DNA from: Octopus sinensis
Taxonomy: Eukaryota
NCBI RefSeq assembly: GCF_006345805.1
Contig: NC_043000.1
Span: 91,760,001 to 91,824,000 of the forward strand
Reading direction: 5' to 3'
DNA length: 64,000 bases
Part shown: positions 26,426 to 39,655 of the stretch, piece by piece
Numbering within the stretch: the first letter of the stretch is position 1
Layout of the letters: the number at the start of each line of letters is the position of its first letter
Notes under the pieces: generated by a model
The model's database searches: none
Seen by the model: only the letters and a program-made list of their open reading frames with translations
Told to the model about the DNA's origin: nothing
Made by a program: the position numbers and the translations under genes

Positions 26426-26496
26426 GGATATTGCGTAGTGGTTAAGAGCGTGGGCTACTACCCCAAGATTCCGAGTTCGATTCCAGGCAGTGACCT
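26426..26496 (+). repeat. Inverted second copy of the tRNA-like head
   Basis: Reverse complement of 26351-26424 with a few mismatches; followed by (AAT)n. Confidence 0.85.
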
Positions 26497-26545
26497 GAAT
26501 AATAATATAATAATAATATAATAATAATATAATAATAATAATAAA

Positions 26546-27097
26546 TTGCCCTGATGCAGTACCAGGTAGTGGCTCTCATGGCTTCTGATCTTAACTGATT
26601 GGAAGTGTTATCATGTACATGTTTTGTCATGGTATAAAAGATGGGCTACAGCAATATTTCTGCTCAATACCACAGATTTGCTTGTCAGTTGTTTGACCGT
26701 AACCAGTTGAGCATGTCTTTAGTGGCTGACGATATGTGCATCTCTGATCACGAGCAGAAGTAGTGGGGGGATCATATCCATGTGTTGAGAGGGATTCTTT
26801 GGGGTTTGAATAATTCACCTCTGGAAACATGGGTGGTTCTTTCAACATCCTTAAACAACCCTTATTCAGGGACCTTTTGAGCGGGATGGGCTACTCAACC
26901 TGAAGAAAATTCTAACTGGGCCCCACCTGCAAGGTCATGTGCTGTTTATCTTGATATGAGATCACCATGTCGCGCACATATGGTTGTCATGCATGTGCCT
27001 CGTGTACCCTTATCAGACGGGTAGTCATGATGGGTATATTGGGCTTCGTATATTTTACCCCAGTGTCACTTTGATGGCATGCACTGCTCTCTCACTC
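26546..27097 (+). mobile_element. Element E: ~550-bp non-coding repeat embedded in (TAA)n (strand arbitrary)
   Basis: Ends shared with 26018-26140 and 35985-36103; AAT repeats on both sides. Confidence 0.65.
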
Positions 27098-27440
27098 AAT
27101 AATAATAATAATGATGGTTATAATCTTTTCTTTACTGGCCACACACGCGACAAAAAGGCAAATACAAAGACACGGACAAGTGGAACTTAATAAAAAACGC
27201 ACGGAAACAAAATAGCACGAACAATTAACAAAAAAAAATTAAACAATAATAATAGAAATCCTCAATCCCCCTACATGTGGGTGTGTTCCATCAAAACAAC
27301 CAAGTAACTCTGTACATTCTGGTTACCCCTAATAACAAGGGCATCTCAGGCAGGTTCTCCTCTCCTCATCACCCTTTTCGACTTGTTCAGAGTTGGCCAT
27401 TCTCACCATATACACTTTCATTTCAACAAAAATGATAATC

Positions 27441-27789
27441 CTTTCTACTATCGGTACAAGGCCTAAATTTGTGGGGAGGGATAATTCGATCACATCGACC
27501 CCATTGCTCAACTGGTATTTATTTTATGAACTCCGAAAGGATGAAAGACTGTTATGTCGCACGTTCGGATGCCCTCTGCTCAACCTCGACTCCTACTACT
27601 CTGTTTGTTCTAATCTACTCAACTGTTCTTTATATCTACGTATTGGGCTAGCCTACTTCATCGTCTGGGGGCGTCCATACAACAAAGACAAAGTCGACTT
27701 CGGCGAAATTTGAACTTAGAACGTAACGTCGGACGAAATGCCGCTAAGCATTTTGTATGGCGGGCTAACGATTCTGCCAGCTTGCCACT
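27441..27789 (-). mobile_element. Family A SINE (short-tail form) interrupted by a solo-LTR-like insertion
   Basis: GAAAGGATGAAAGAC | insert | AAGACAAAGTCGAC. Confidence 0.8.
27550..27684. mobile_element. 135-bp solo-LTR-like element
   Basis: TGTTATG..ACAACA termini; 5-bp TSD AAGAC (27545-27549 and 27685-27689). Confidence 0.75.
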
Positions 27790-27829
27790 CTTCTCAACAA
27801 CAACAATTATAATAACAATAATTTCTGAT

Positions 27830-28200
27830 TTAGGCGCAAGGCCTATGATTTTTTCCGAGCAGGGATTTCGTCAATACCAACGACTCCAGTAGAAGATAGA
27901 CTGCTTCTTTATTTTTATCGACCCTAGAATTTAAAAGCAAAGTTGACCTCGCTAGTATTTCAATTCGGAATATGAAGAGCCAAAAGAAACGTCACACGGC
28001 ATTTTAACCGATGCTTTTACGATTCTTCTATTTTAGGAGGAAGTGGTTAAATTGAATACATCGACTCTAGTGCTCAAATGATACTGATGAAAGACGATGT
28101 CGATTTGGTGGAATTCGAACTCAAAAACGTAAAGAGCTGGAGAGCTGGAAGAAATGCCGCTAAACATTTTGTCATACGCGCTAATGCTTCTGTCAGCTCG
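27830..28200 (-). mobile_element. Two decayed family A SINE remnants
   Basis: AAAGTTGACCTCG, GGAATTCGAACTC, GCTAAACATTTTG motifs. Confidence 0.55.
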
Positions 28201-28202
28201 CT

Positions 28203-28400
28203 GCACTACTACTACTACTGCTGCTGCTGCTACTACTATTACTACTACTACTACTACTACTACTGCTGCTACTACTAATGATAGAAGTAATGATGATGAT
28301 GATGATGATGATGATGATAAATTGAAGGAATGGGAAAAGAAGAAGAAGAAGAAGAAGAAGAAGAAGAAGAAGAAGAAGAAGAAGAAGAAGAAAGTTTAGT
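28203..28400. repeat. (CTA/CTG)n, (GAT)n, (GAA)n compound microsatellite
   Basis: Direct reading. Confidence 0.95.
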
Positions 28401-28930
28401 AGTAGAAGGAACCAGTTAGGAAACGCACCAAAATAAAAACGAACACAAGGTACTGTAAGAAGAAAATGTAACTGGCAGAATGATGAGAAGGAAGCAAAAA
28501 CTTGAAAACTAAGAATAAAAAGTTAGAAAAATCTGTTGCTGCTGCTGCTGTTGTTGTTGTTAATGACGATGATGATGATGATGATGATGACTATAATGAA
28601 TTAAAAACCAAAAAACAAGCAAACAAAAAACCGCGGCAGGTTTATGATTATCGTGGTAGAAGAGAGCGGGAGAGCTGATGGAAGCTGTTGTTTTTGCTTG
28701 TTTTGTTCAAACAGTCTTTGACTAGCTTCTTTACGTTCTGAAGAATTCTGTCGAAACTGGGAAAGTGCCACCTGTGAAATGTTTGTTAGGGTTTTCTTCA
28801 TTAGAAATTCTGTACATGGCATCATTTTTTTTTAACAATATTTACAAGTTTTGTTGTTCTTCAAATTCCTTTTAATTTGTGTATTTACGTGTATATTTAT
28901 ATGTTGATATATATACGTGTGCCTATGTGT

Positions 28931-29003
<73 letters not shown>

Positions 29004-29351
29004 TGTGTTGTGCATGTGATTGTGTTTGTATTTATTTTTATATTTCACTTTGATTGATATAATAGGGAGGTATATTTGGGAATTGAAATATAAGAGGAAA
29101 TTGGAAGGAAAAGAAAGAGAGATCAACAGAATAGATTTAAAGAAAGTTGAAAAGCGATATAGAGAGGTAAAAAAAAGGAGGGAGAAAGAAAGTAGCATAG
29201 AGAAAGAAAGCTGAAATGCAGTAAATAATAATAACAATAATTAAGAGGACAAGTATGAATGGGAAAGTTAATACTTCCATAGATAGACAGACAGATAGAC
29301 AGATAGATAGCAAGATAGATAAATAAGTAGATAAATAAATAGATAGAAAGG

Positions 29352-29391
<40 letters not shown>

Positions 29392-31000
29392 AACCGAGAA
29401 AGAGAGAGTGAGAAAAAGAAATAGAGTTAGAGAGAAGAGAGAGAGGAAAACTTGAAAGCAGAAACGGAAAGAAAGGACATTATTATGAAATGACGAGAAA
29501 GAGACAATAAGAATTGGAAATATCATAAAAGGGACTTCCTTGCATTAACCATAAGGTACTTCGTAGCTAACCGCAAGTGCCATAAGCTATTTAATAAGGA
29601 CAACGTTAAGATTAGGTATAAGTGCACAAAAGAATTTTCGTAATGTTACAATGAATTAGCACCTTGGGGCGAGCTATGATAACATCTAGGAACAAAGGTT
29701 CACGAAATATAATTGTATATAGATCCAAGAGAGCATACCAAGGGAGTAGCATGGAAATAAAGAAAAGCTACAATGGTAAATGTGAAGGCAACTTCAAAAG
29801 ACGTTTCTTCAGTCCCATGTCCCCATCAGAAATGAGAAATGCAGAATGCTAAAACCTTGTCAAAATACTGTTTAACGTGCCATAACGTACTTCATGTACA
29901 GAGCTCCAAATATTCTTAACTAATTCAAACCCCATTTGTAATGAGATGAAAAAACATGAGTTTTAACGACGCATGTTTTGAATGATGGCTCGCGAGAGAA
30001 TTTCGAAATTTAATTTAATTAAAATTTAAATGAAAATATGCATGTAGATAGTAGATACGTTGATAATTGGTAAAAAGTTGAGACGCTTCAGTTTTATTAC
30101 ACTTATCGGCAAAGTGTAGACTCATACGTGCTTGCCAGATCATATAATGATCGAGCAGAATAGATAAAGATGTTTTTGTGTGAAGATTATTCAATGATTA
30201 GTAAATATAAAATAATCACATCAAAATAATGTATAATCCCTATAATCTCTGAATAATACTTTCAAAATATTAGCATATTCATTTAGTTGTCTATGGACTA
30301 ATAAATACGACCTAATAAAAAGTGGAGCGGTCTTATAAACCAAATTATGTCCAGAGTAGTCACCCTAATTATCGAAGATCAGACTCACTACCACAGTATA
30401 TAAGGATGTAATTTTTAATGAATTTAAATTCTGAAGTTCTTTTCTTTGAAATTTCTAAAAAGCTATCACTAATTTCAATGATTTTTCCTCTTGTTGTGGC
30501 TGTAATAGAAATTAGATAAGAATTATTTTTTGTTCACAACACCAAATAATGTTAAACTGCATTTGCTTATATGCTGTTCAAACAGAAGATAGCTTTCGGA
30601 AAATTTTCCTCTGCTGATCATATCTTTGATATCGGTAAGTCAGTATCCAACAAACCACAATCTTCAAAAATAGAGTAGAGTAATATAAACTCCGCAACAC
30701 AGAAAGACAACGGATAAAATCTTCTAATTCGGTATAATAAACAACAACAAAATAAATAAATAACAAAAACAGGTTCGATATAATAAATAACATAAAACAG
30801 ATATCATAATGCTGACACAAGAACAATTCTTGTTCTCAGTCAAGTTAAACCCGACTGACATGCAACAAACAAATATGGTCCATAATGTGACATGTAAGCA
30901 AAGCAACACAGTTGTATCATTGATGTCACGCCACCAAGACGTCATCAGCAAGTACAAGCCTGAATAATGTTCATAATCGGAGATTAATTATACACTCTAA

Positions 31001-31075
31001 AACAGTGTTTCTTAATCTGGGAGCGCGCTCCTCTAGCGGAGCGTCAGTAATTTCCAACAGGGGCGCGAGCCCTTG
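31001..31075 (+). mobile_element. hAT-type MITE 5' end fragment
   Basis: CAGTGTTTCTTAATCTGGGAGCGCG..GGGGCGCGAG resembles hAT (Charlie-like) MITE termini; other end not found. Confidence 0.45.
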
Positions 31076-31832
31076 AGAAAAAACAGGAATTTCTCTAATT
31101 ATATTAATTTTCTTAAAGAGAGCATGGTCAAATAATGAGAATTTTATGAAAAAATGCAAAAGTATCGCCTTATACCTTTAGTTTTCTTATTCTATTATCT
31201 TAGCGCCGCTTACCATTTTCTGTAATTATTGATCCCACTTCATATCCCTCAATACCCTCACTAATTCTTAATTGTAGCTTTAACATTTACCTTTATTTTG
31301 TTCTTTTTTTGTTACAACAGAGATGTACTTGCATAGCAAGTGACCTGATCTGAGATCGTGTGCTGGAACGAAAACAATTGCAGCGTGGAAGGTGTTTATA
31401 AGCCATTTAAGAAACTTACAAAAACCGTTAGATTCACTTCAACATTTAAATTTAAATTTAAATTTAAGTTGCCAAAATGTTTTCGTCGCTTTGAGACCAC
31501 AACCTGCTCACTGACAAAATTCCGTGCTGCATCTCACGGAATTTTAAATTTTGAAGTGTTGGACATGTTTGCCAAATTATAAGCTTATACTTTACCTAGA
31601 ACTCCCCACGATGAATATGCATTCCCTATCAACACTTGACACTCTATAAGAGTATAGTAACAGGCTTAAAACTGACATAGGTAATGGCTTCTCGTTTTGA
31701 AACTGTTGTTGAATTTTAAGAATTACCGAATAGATCCTGCTGTTGTGGTTTTCTTCTTCTTCTTCTTCTTCTTCTTCTTCTTCTTCTTCTTCTTCTTCTT
31801 CTTCTTCTTCTTCTTCTTCTTCTTCTTCTTCC

Positions 31833-32307
31833 AATCAGGACTCACACCATTAGCCACAAAGAATAATCTCTAATTCAAGCCTACTCTAAGCTACTAAGAA
31901 TGCGTGTGGTAACTTGAAGATCCACCCACCACACGCGATAGACTGGCGGTTGCATGGGCGCGAAAGCTACGTTGTTATCCTCATTCCGTAAACGGTGGCT
32001 TTTAACGGGTGGAGAACTGAACCATCCTGGTGTACAGAGGATTCGCAATCTAGACTAGGGTCTGAAAATTTACCACACCATAGCGGATTACACCATGGTT
32101 CCTCTGCTTTGTGGGAGAAATAGGAAGAAAGAGTGAGAGAAATTTCTGGTGAAAGAACACAGCGGGGTTCACCACCCCTCCCAGCCGGAGATCGTAGAGC
32201 TTAGGTGTTTTTGCTCAATAAGCACTCACAATGCCCGGTCTGGTAATCGAAACCGCGCTCTTACGACCGCGAGTCCTCTGCCCTAACCACTGGGCCATTG
32301 CGCCTCC
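31833..32307 (-). mobile_element. Family C SINE with alternative 3' tail ending at (GAA)n
   Basis: 32123-32307 matches 6130-6314; different downstream sequence; (GAA)n at 31753-31832. Confidence 0.7.
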
Positions 32308-33604
32308 ACGCAGTTGTAGTTGGTGTTATCCAAAGGCACCGATGTCGTAAGACTCATGAAGCTATGAGAACAGGGTATGACTTTTTTTCAGTAACATTGG
32401 AAATATTTAGCCGTTAGTAGGTGGATAGTTCAAGAATTTTCATCACTCTTTATTCTATCGCTACTTTACCTTTTGAGTTTTTTTTTTTTTTATTAGACAT
32501 TCGTCGTTCAGTGCAGCCTATGTTTAACGAGGAGACAGAAATTTTATGATTGAAGTTTTAAAGCGTAACTCAACCAGAAGCAATACAAATCATATTTTAA
32601 GTCTAAAAATTTTAGAATAACCTGCCTGATCATTTAATCGTAAAGACTGAAGTTAACGAATATAATTGAATAGACCCTTCTATCATTTACTTATTTATTG
32701 TAATCAAAGTTAATTGCACTTAGTCAACAACAGCAGAAAAGGCAACTAGGTAGATTTAGCAGGGTGGGAACTTAGTGGACATTTCACTACACAACGAATA
32801 GAATGATGACAAGAATACTAGTTCAAGAAGCGTTGTTACAATAGCAGCAGCAGTATCGGTTTATGCTTCTTTGTATATATGTAGATTCTGTTTAATCGTT
32901 TCTTATGCTATAACTATGCAGGAATGAATTTATGCAGCTGCAAAGCTTCAACATTGATGGGAGATGCAATTTATTCTGAGAGATCATTTCACATAAAATC
33001 AGATTAATAAATCCTACTTCTCTTTATCTGAAGCACTTTCCAGTAGATGTGTCTGCTGCTAAGATGACACAACTTGAATAAATGATTTAACAATTTATAT
33101 GGAAACAAATGAGTTAAAAATTGAACAGTATGTTAAATCATAAGGATGAATTATATTTTAATGGACATAATAGGCATCAATAAGACTGCAATGGTATTGT
33201 GAGATTAGCATATAATCTAGAACTTGTGCATGGGATGAATAGTTAACCTCATAAGAACAGGTGTATATAAGCTACTTTGAATATGATTTTGCTCAAGGTT
33301 TGGAATATGGTTTGGCCTAGGTATAGTAGCAGAGTGGGGGAACTATTAATGTATAAAATAAATGACATTTTATAAGTATATAATTATGTTTCCTTCTCTC
33401 CAGGTTAACAGTGATCGAGCAGCGCTGAAATAATAAGACATCCCATAAGTGACCATCCCATCATCATGCATTTTAGAGACAACGTCGTTTAAGGTGACAG
33501 TCCGTCGTTTAAACAATATAAGGTTTTGATTTTGGAGAAATTTGGCTGTCATTTCTTATAGGTTGAATGACATTGTAAAGTCTTCATTGCTGACTCGAAG
33601 AATT

Positions 33605-33810
33605 TAGATGAAAGGTGCATGTTGTTGCTGTGACTGTTGATAATGATAATGGCGATGACGACGACAACGACGATGAAAACGATGATGATGACGGTGACGA
33701 TAACGATAAGCATGATGATAATGATGATGACGATGATGATGATGATGATGATGAAAATGACGATGACGATTATGATGATAATAATGAGGATGATGATGAT
33801 CATCATCATC
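33605..33810. repeat. Degenerate (GAT/GAC)n tract
   Basis: Direct reading. Confidence 0.9.
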
Positions 33811-33814
33811 AAGC

Positions 33815-34170
33815 GCAGGAGTGGCTGTGTGGTAAGTAGCTTGCTTACCAACCACATGGTTCCGGGTTCAGTCCCACTGAGTGGCGCCTTGGGCAAGTGT
33901 CTTCTACTATAGCCTCGGGCCAACCAAAGGCTTGTGAGTGGATTTGGTAGACGGAAACTGAAAGAAGCTCGTCGTATATATGTATATATGTGTGTATGTT
34001 TGCGTGTCTGTGTTTGTCCGCCTAGCATTGCTTGACAACCGATGCTGTTGTGTTTACGTCCCCGTCACTTAGCGGTTCGGCAAAAGAGACCGATAGAATA
34101 AGTACTAGGCTTACAAAGAATAAGCATGGCTGTAGTCAAATGACTAAAACAAGTAAAAGAGTAAAGAGAG
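33815..34170 (+). mobile_element. Family B CORE-SINE
   Basis: Near-consensus, with a short deletion before the tail. Confidence 0.88.
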
Positions 34171-35921
34171 TATGATGATGAATACGACGACGATGACGAC
34201 AATAATGATGATAATAATAATAATGACAACGATTTTGATAATAAGGTCTATGAGGATGTTACTTTTATTACTTTATTATTACTGGGCATATCTTCTCATT
34301 GTGGTTGTCATTGTTTTGGTGTATTCTCTCCTAAGGCTTAAGGTTAACGAATATTTCCTATTTAAAAGACGATTGAGAATATGATAAAGAATATTTCGCT
34401 GTTAAAATGTCATAAGTTCGTGAGACTGATAAGAAGTATTCACGTGGACTCACTTAATATGCACATGATACATTGTTTAGCCCCAGGTAAACCATGATTG
34501 AGCATAATTATGATCAAAGAAGTTCAAGCTGCGACCATTTTATCGTATAACGTCGTCTAAGATTTTCCTGAGCTTTCTAATTGGTTAACAAAATTATTGA
34601 TGAGAACCATGTGTAGAAACAGAATGGTGACATAAGGAATTTGGTGGACACACAATCAACTCATTAATTAACTGAACGATTCATCAAACAATCGAATAGT
34701 TAGTTGATTAAATAACTAACCAATTGCCGAATTATAAAATAGCGAAACTGAACCAGTGAGTGTATTTATTATTGGCACTATGATCCACCCTAGATACAAC
34801 AATGTAATCTAGGATTACTTTATCCAAACTATCCTTTCTTTAGGTATGGTGTGATTTTTGAGTGATTTTGTGGCACTGTTTAGCAATTACGTTGAGGTAT
34901 TATGATGGAAACTTTTTAGTGTTCTGTAATTTCTTATGGTCCTATCCTTGATAAGAAATATTTCTCAATATAGAAATATCTTAATATAAAACGTGTCGTC
35001 AAGTTATTTGATACAACCATGACCTGACTATGATCTACAACTAGTTTCTTTTACTAAGGCTATTTAAAACCTTAGGAGCAGACAAATGAAACGAGAAGAC
35101 AAGACATTCTCCATATCCTACACACACACACACACACTTACTTGCCCCAACAACAAGAATTATATGCAAAAAGTACAGAGTTTACCAAAACTTTAAGTTA
35201 TCACTCAATTTCTTGCGGCTGATGTAAATTCTTTATCTGCATGAAAGAAGAATTTATAATGAATAATATTGTACAATATAATATAATATAATATAATAAT
35301 ATAATATAATATTATATTATATTATATTATTACGCTCTTAACAAATCACGTGCAAGTTTCTTCTCGCTAAGACATCATTTGTGATGACGAAGGAGGGCGG
35401 AGGAGAGCGAGAGAAGAGTGCTAAGCCGTTAATTCGTTGTAATATTATATCAATTGCAATATCTCACTTTCCGATAGCTCAAATCTAGAAATCAAATCTT
35501 CTCATCTCCAACACGCCACCACCATTCCTATCCTTCTCCCACCCCGCACCACCATGTTTCTGATCATGATTTGCTATTAATAGACCAATTCACAAAATGT
35601 CATAACGGTATCATCTTCTTTTGCTGTGGAAAACCAAGTATTGATTTGCGGCGATAAGTTCAATTATCGTATCAATCAATTTTTCTATTTGGCATCTATG
35701 GAAGGAAGCAGGTTATCTGCATATTTCACTTTAGCTGACATATATCTGAGCCATTGTCTACATTGTCCTTACCCATAACACAAAAACTACTGCCTGTCAT
35801 TTTTCGAACTTGTTGTCTACTCTGGTAGAACCTTTTGCTTCAATGGTAACCTAAAAGATTTTTCAAAGAGACAAGTAACTTTTATTGAAAAGTTAACTTC
35901 TCTAAGTTGCTATTATAGATT

Positions 35922-35984
<63 letters not shown>

Positions 35985-35987
<3 letters not shown>

Positions 35988-36103
35988 TGATGCATGTATG
36001 TGCCTGGTATACCCTTCTCAGACAGGTAGTCATGATGAGTATATTGGGCTTCGTATATTTGTACACCTGTGTTACTTTGATGACATGCGCTGCTCTCTCA
36101 CTC
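35985..36103 (+). mobile_element. End fragment of element E inside (TAA)n
   Basis: Matches 26980-27097; long AAT arrays on both sides. Confidence 0.7.
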
Positions 36104-36144
36104 AATAATAATAATAATGATGATAATAATAATAATAATAATAA

Positions 36145-36178
<34 letters not shown>

Positions 36179-36286
36179 TAATAATAATAATAATAATAAA
36201 ATAATAATAATAATAATAATAATTATTATTATTATTATTATTATTATTATCATCATCATCATTATTATTATCATTATTATTATTAC

Positions 36287-36318
<32 letters not shown>

Positions 36319-36364
36319 TATTATTATTATTATTGTTGTTGTTATTATTATTGGTGGTGTTATA

Positions 36365-36720
36365 ATCCTTTCTACAATGGGCACAAGGCCTGAAATTTGG
36401 GGAAAGTGGGATGGACGATTACATCGACTCCAGTACTCAAATGGTACTTATTTTATCGACGCTGAAAAAGGGAAAAGCTAAGTTGACCTTGGCGGAATAT
36501 GAACTCAGAACGAACGTAAAGAGGGACGAAATGCTGTCTGCCAGCTTACCACAATAATAATGTCATAAGTTTTCACACAAGGCCAGTAATTTGGAGTGGA
36601 GGAAGGTGCTGATTACATTGACCCTAGTGCTCGAGAGAAACTTTTTTTTATCGATTCCAAAAGAATAAACAGCAAAGCCTACCTCGATGTGATTTGAACT
36701 CAGAACCTAAAGAGCCAGAA
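36365..36720 (-). mobile_element. Two decayed family A SINEs
   Basis: TACATCGACTCCAGTACTCAAATGGTACTT; GAACTCAGAAC. Confidence 0.6.
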
Positions 36721-36727
36721 AAAATTC

Positions 36728-37118
36728 GCAGTGGCTGTGTGGTAAGTAGCTTGCTTACCAACCACATGGTTCCGGGATCATTCCCACTGCGTGGCAACTT
36801 GGGCAAGTGTCTTCTAATATAGCCTCGGGCCTTGTGAGTAGATTTGGTAGACAGAAACTGAAAGAAGCCCGTCGTATATATGTATATATGTGTGTGTGTG
36901 TATATGGTTGTGCGTCCGTGTTTGTTCCCCCAACATCGCTCGACAACTGATGCTGGTGTGTTTACGTCCCCGTAACTTAGCGGTTCGGCAAAAGAGACCG
37001 ATAGAATAAGTACTAGGCTTACAAAGAATAAGTCCTGCAGACGATTTGCTAGACTAAAGGCAGTGCTCCAGCATGGCCACAGTCAAATGACTAAAACAAG
37101 TAAAAGTGTAAAAGTGTA
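36728..37118 (+). mobile_element. Family B CORE-SINE
   Basis: Near-consensus. Confidence 0.88.
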
Positions 37119-39655
37119 GATACTAACGATTCTGGTAAACCATTATCTTTAGTAGTTTCTAATTTAGGCACAAGACTAACAGATTTTTTGGAGAGTCAAG
37201 TATGAGTCGATTTTACCGACTCCAGTACTTGACTAGCATTTATTCAATCGACCTCAGAGGAAAAATTTGCTAAGTTGGTCTCAAAAGTATTTGAACTCAG
37301 AACAGCTGAAATAATTACCACACGAAATTTTGTTCAACGTTCTAATGATTCAGTTAATCAGCTATTATTTTGCTGCAAGATCGACGGATGAGATGATAGT
37401 ACAGGAACAATTTACAAAAATGGTGAGGGCTTACAAAGAACCAAGGATGAGAAAACCAAGCATAAAAAACAAGAAAATTGCAATAAAGCTGCGTGATAGT
37501 GGTGTCAGACGTGGAATGCAGACCATCATACTACTTGTTTGACAATGCGATTTCATTCTTCTCTTCCTTTTCATTTTGACATGGGCATTACATTTTTATT
37601 CTCTTCCGTTTTACGAATTCAGTGTGTACATGCGCATTGCATGTTCATTTTTCTTTTCCCGTTACCTGCTCAAAACTGTATAGAGACTACAACCATCTCA
37701 CTGTTTATAGATCACAACCATCTCACAAACTGTGTTCGTAAGGAGCGCTTCGCGCTCCGATTGTTGTGAAAAGAAAACATCAATTTAAAATAAAATGAGA
37801 ATAAAATTTCCTAACTAGCTTAATTGTTAGGGCGTCAAGCAAAAGGCTCAGCGGCATTTACTTCTGCTTTGAGTTCAAATACCACCAAGATCGTCTTTGT
37901 CTTTCATCATATCTATCAATGTGTCTTGTGCGTCTGGTCTGAGCGAGATGCTTCTCAAAACCTGTTGTTTAAGCGGCAGTGGATCAAAAGCCAAGTATAC
38001 CGGAATCAGCAAGTACGTACGACATACTTGTTGGATTGTGCTTGTGATTCGATGCAGTTCCGAAATGCAGACTTTAATATTTCCACAGAATTGAGGCCAC
38101 AGTACATTAAATCAATCCAGTTTCTGAAAACGAAACTAAAACCAACTGATTTGAAAATAGTCGTCAATCAGAAATAGTCGATTATATCAAGAGTTTTGCA
38201 TTGATCAAAGTGGAAAAGTCTTTACGAAACCAAGTTTTTTTTATTCCTCACTCCCTGTCATTAGCCGGAGGATACCGTGAATTGATCTACCGAGAATCTA
38301 CAAGTCTAGATGGTAGTACACCACAGATAGGGTCCTTGTTCCAAGGATAGTATGGCTGTAATCCATATTACTGTCTTGGTTGTGGTTTTGGTTTCTGATT
38401 TTGTTGTTGCTATTCTTGCACCTACTTCTGCTGCACTTATTATTATTGCGGTGCTGGAAAAAAGAGGATTTCATCAATTACTTGCCTGAAGGCAAAAGCC
38501 AGTGCATGGTTGATGCTGCTGGAAGTATAGCACTATAACCGCCTTCCTTTTGCTCCAACTATCGCCGTCTCATATTGTGTGCCACATGAATGAAAATGTC
38601 TTGCTTCCATATTTCCTTCAGGTACTTTTAATCCCGAACATGGACTGTTCTTTCGAATCAATGAGTTTTATACAAGTAATATGACACTGTGCATCTGTTA
38701 GCCTCAATCCTAATCATCCTTTTTTTATGGCACATTCAGAGCGATTTCTTGCTCCACATTTCGGCGAATCCATTGGTTTCTCTCAGTTCGTCTATCGTTA
38801 ATTGTTTTGCGGTTCTTGCTGCATAAAAATGAAAAAAAACTTGCAATTTCTTTACTAAATCTATTCTTAGGCTCGCTACTAATTTAGCTTGCTTCAGATG
38901 TAATGAAACTCAGTGCAACTGTGGTGGGCGATGGTAGTCTCGATTGTCGTTGGAGCAGCATTTAACATGATATAGTGGAATGTGTTATGGTGTTTCTAAT
39001 AGTCTCGGCTTTTACATTTTATATTTGATGTTGCAGTTGGTCAACCTCTCGTTAAATTGGAGACGACAATGATGCTGTTATTATCTCTAAGCACGCTGGT
39101 CAAGTATATTTGTATATTATTCTTTACTTTTGGTGTTTTTGAAATTTCAGTTTACTCTCAGTGATGTGGAATCTGTTACTACTACTGCTATTTGGAAGGT
39201 TGTTTTTGGAAAGTTGCTTGACACAGCAGTGATGGTGTCTACCAAAGGAGAAATTTAGTATCAGGAAAGACAATTAAGGGAAGTATTTGGTCGCACTTTC
39301 TTCATCATTGGTTTATCTTCTTCTCATTACTCTCTCTTTCTTGCTTGGTGACTCGCAAATATGAAGCTATGTTGGACGTTATTTTGAATTCTATCGATTC
39401 TAAACATTTTTTCAATAATACTCCCAAGTGGCGAAAACAAAAGGAACCAAACAAATCGTTGAGACCGTGGCCGGTTCTATCGCAAAAGAAGAAACAAGAA
39501 TTAATATCCAAAACTTATTTGAAAATGTTTGTCGTAACATCCAGTAAGATTTCTATGGAAACTGACCTAATACAACTAAAGAGACTATATAGGATCGTTA
39601 TAGAAAAGAAATTCAAAATATTTAAAATTGCCCATTTTGCAATATGATATGACAA

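Noticed and set aside
30589-30640. Plus-strand exon candidate KIAFGKFSSADHIFDI with G|gtaagt donor
   Set aside because: Weak acceptor, phase-incompatible with the preferred upstream chain, no recognisable family.
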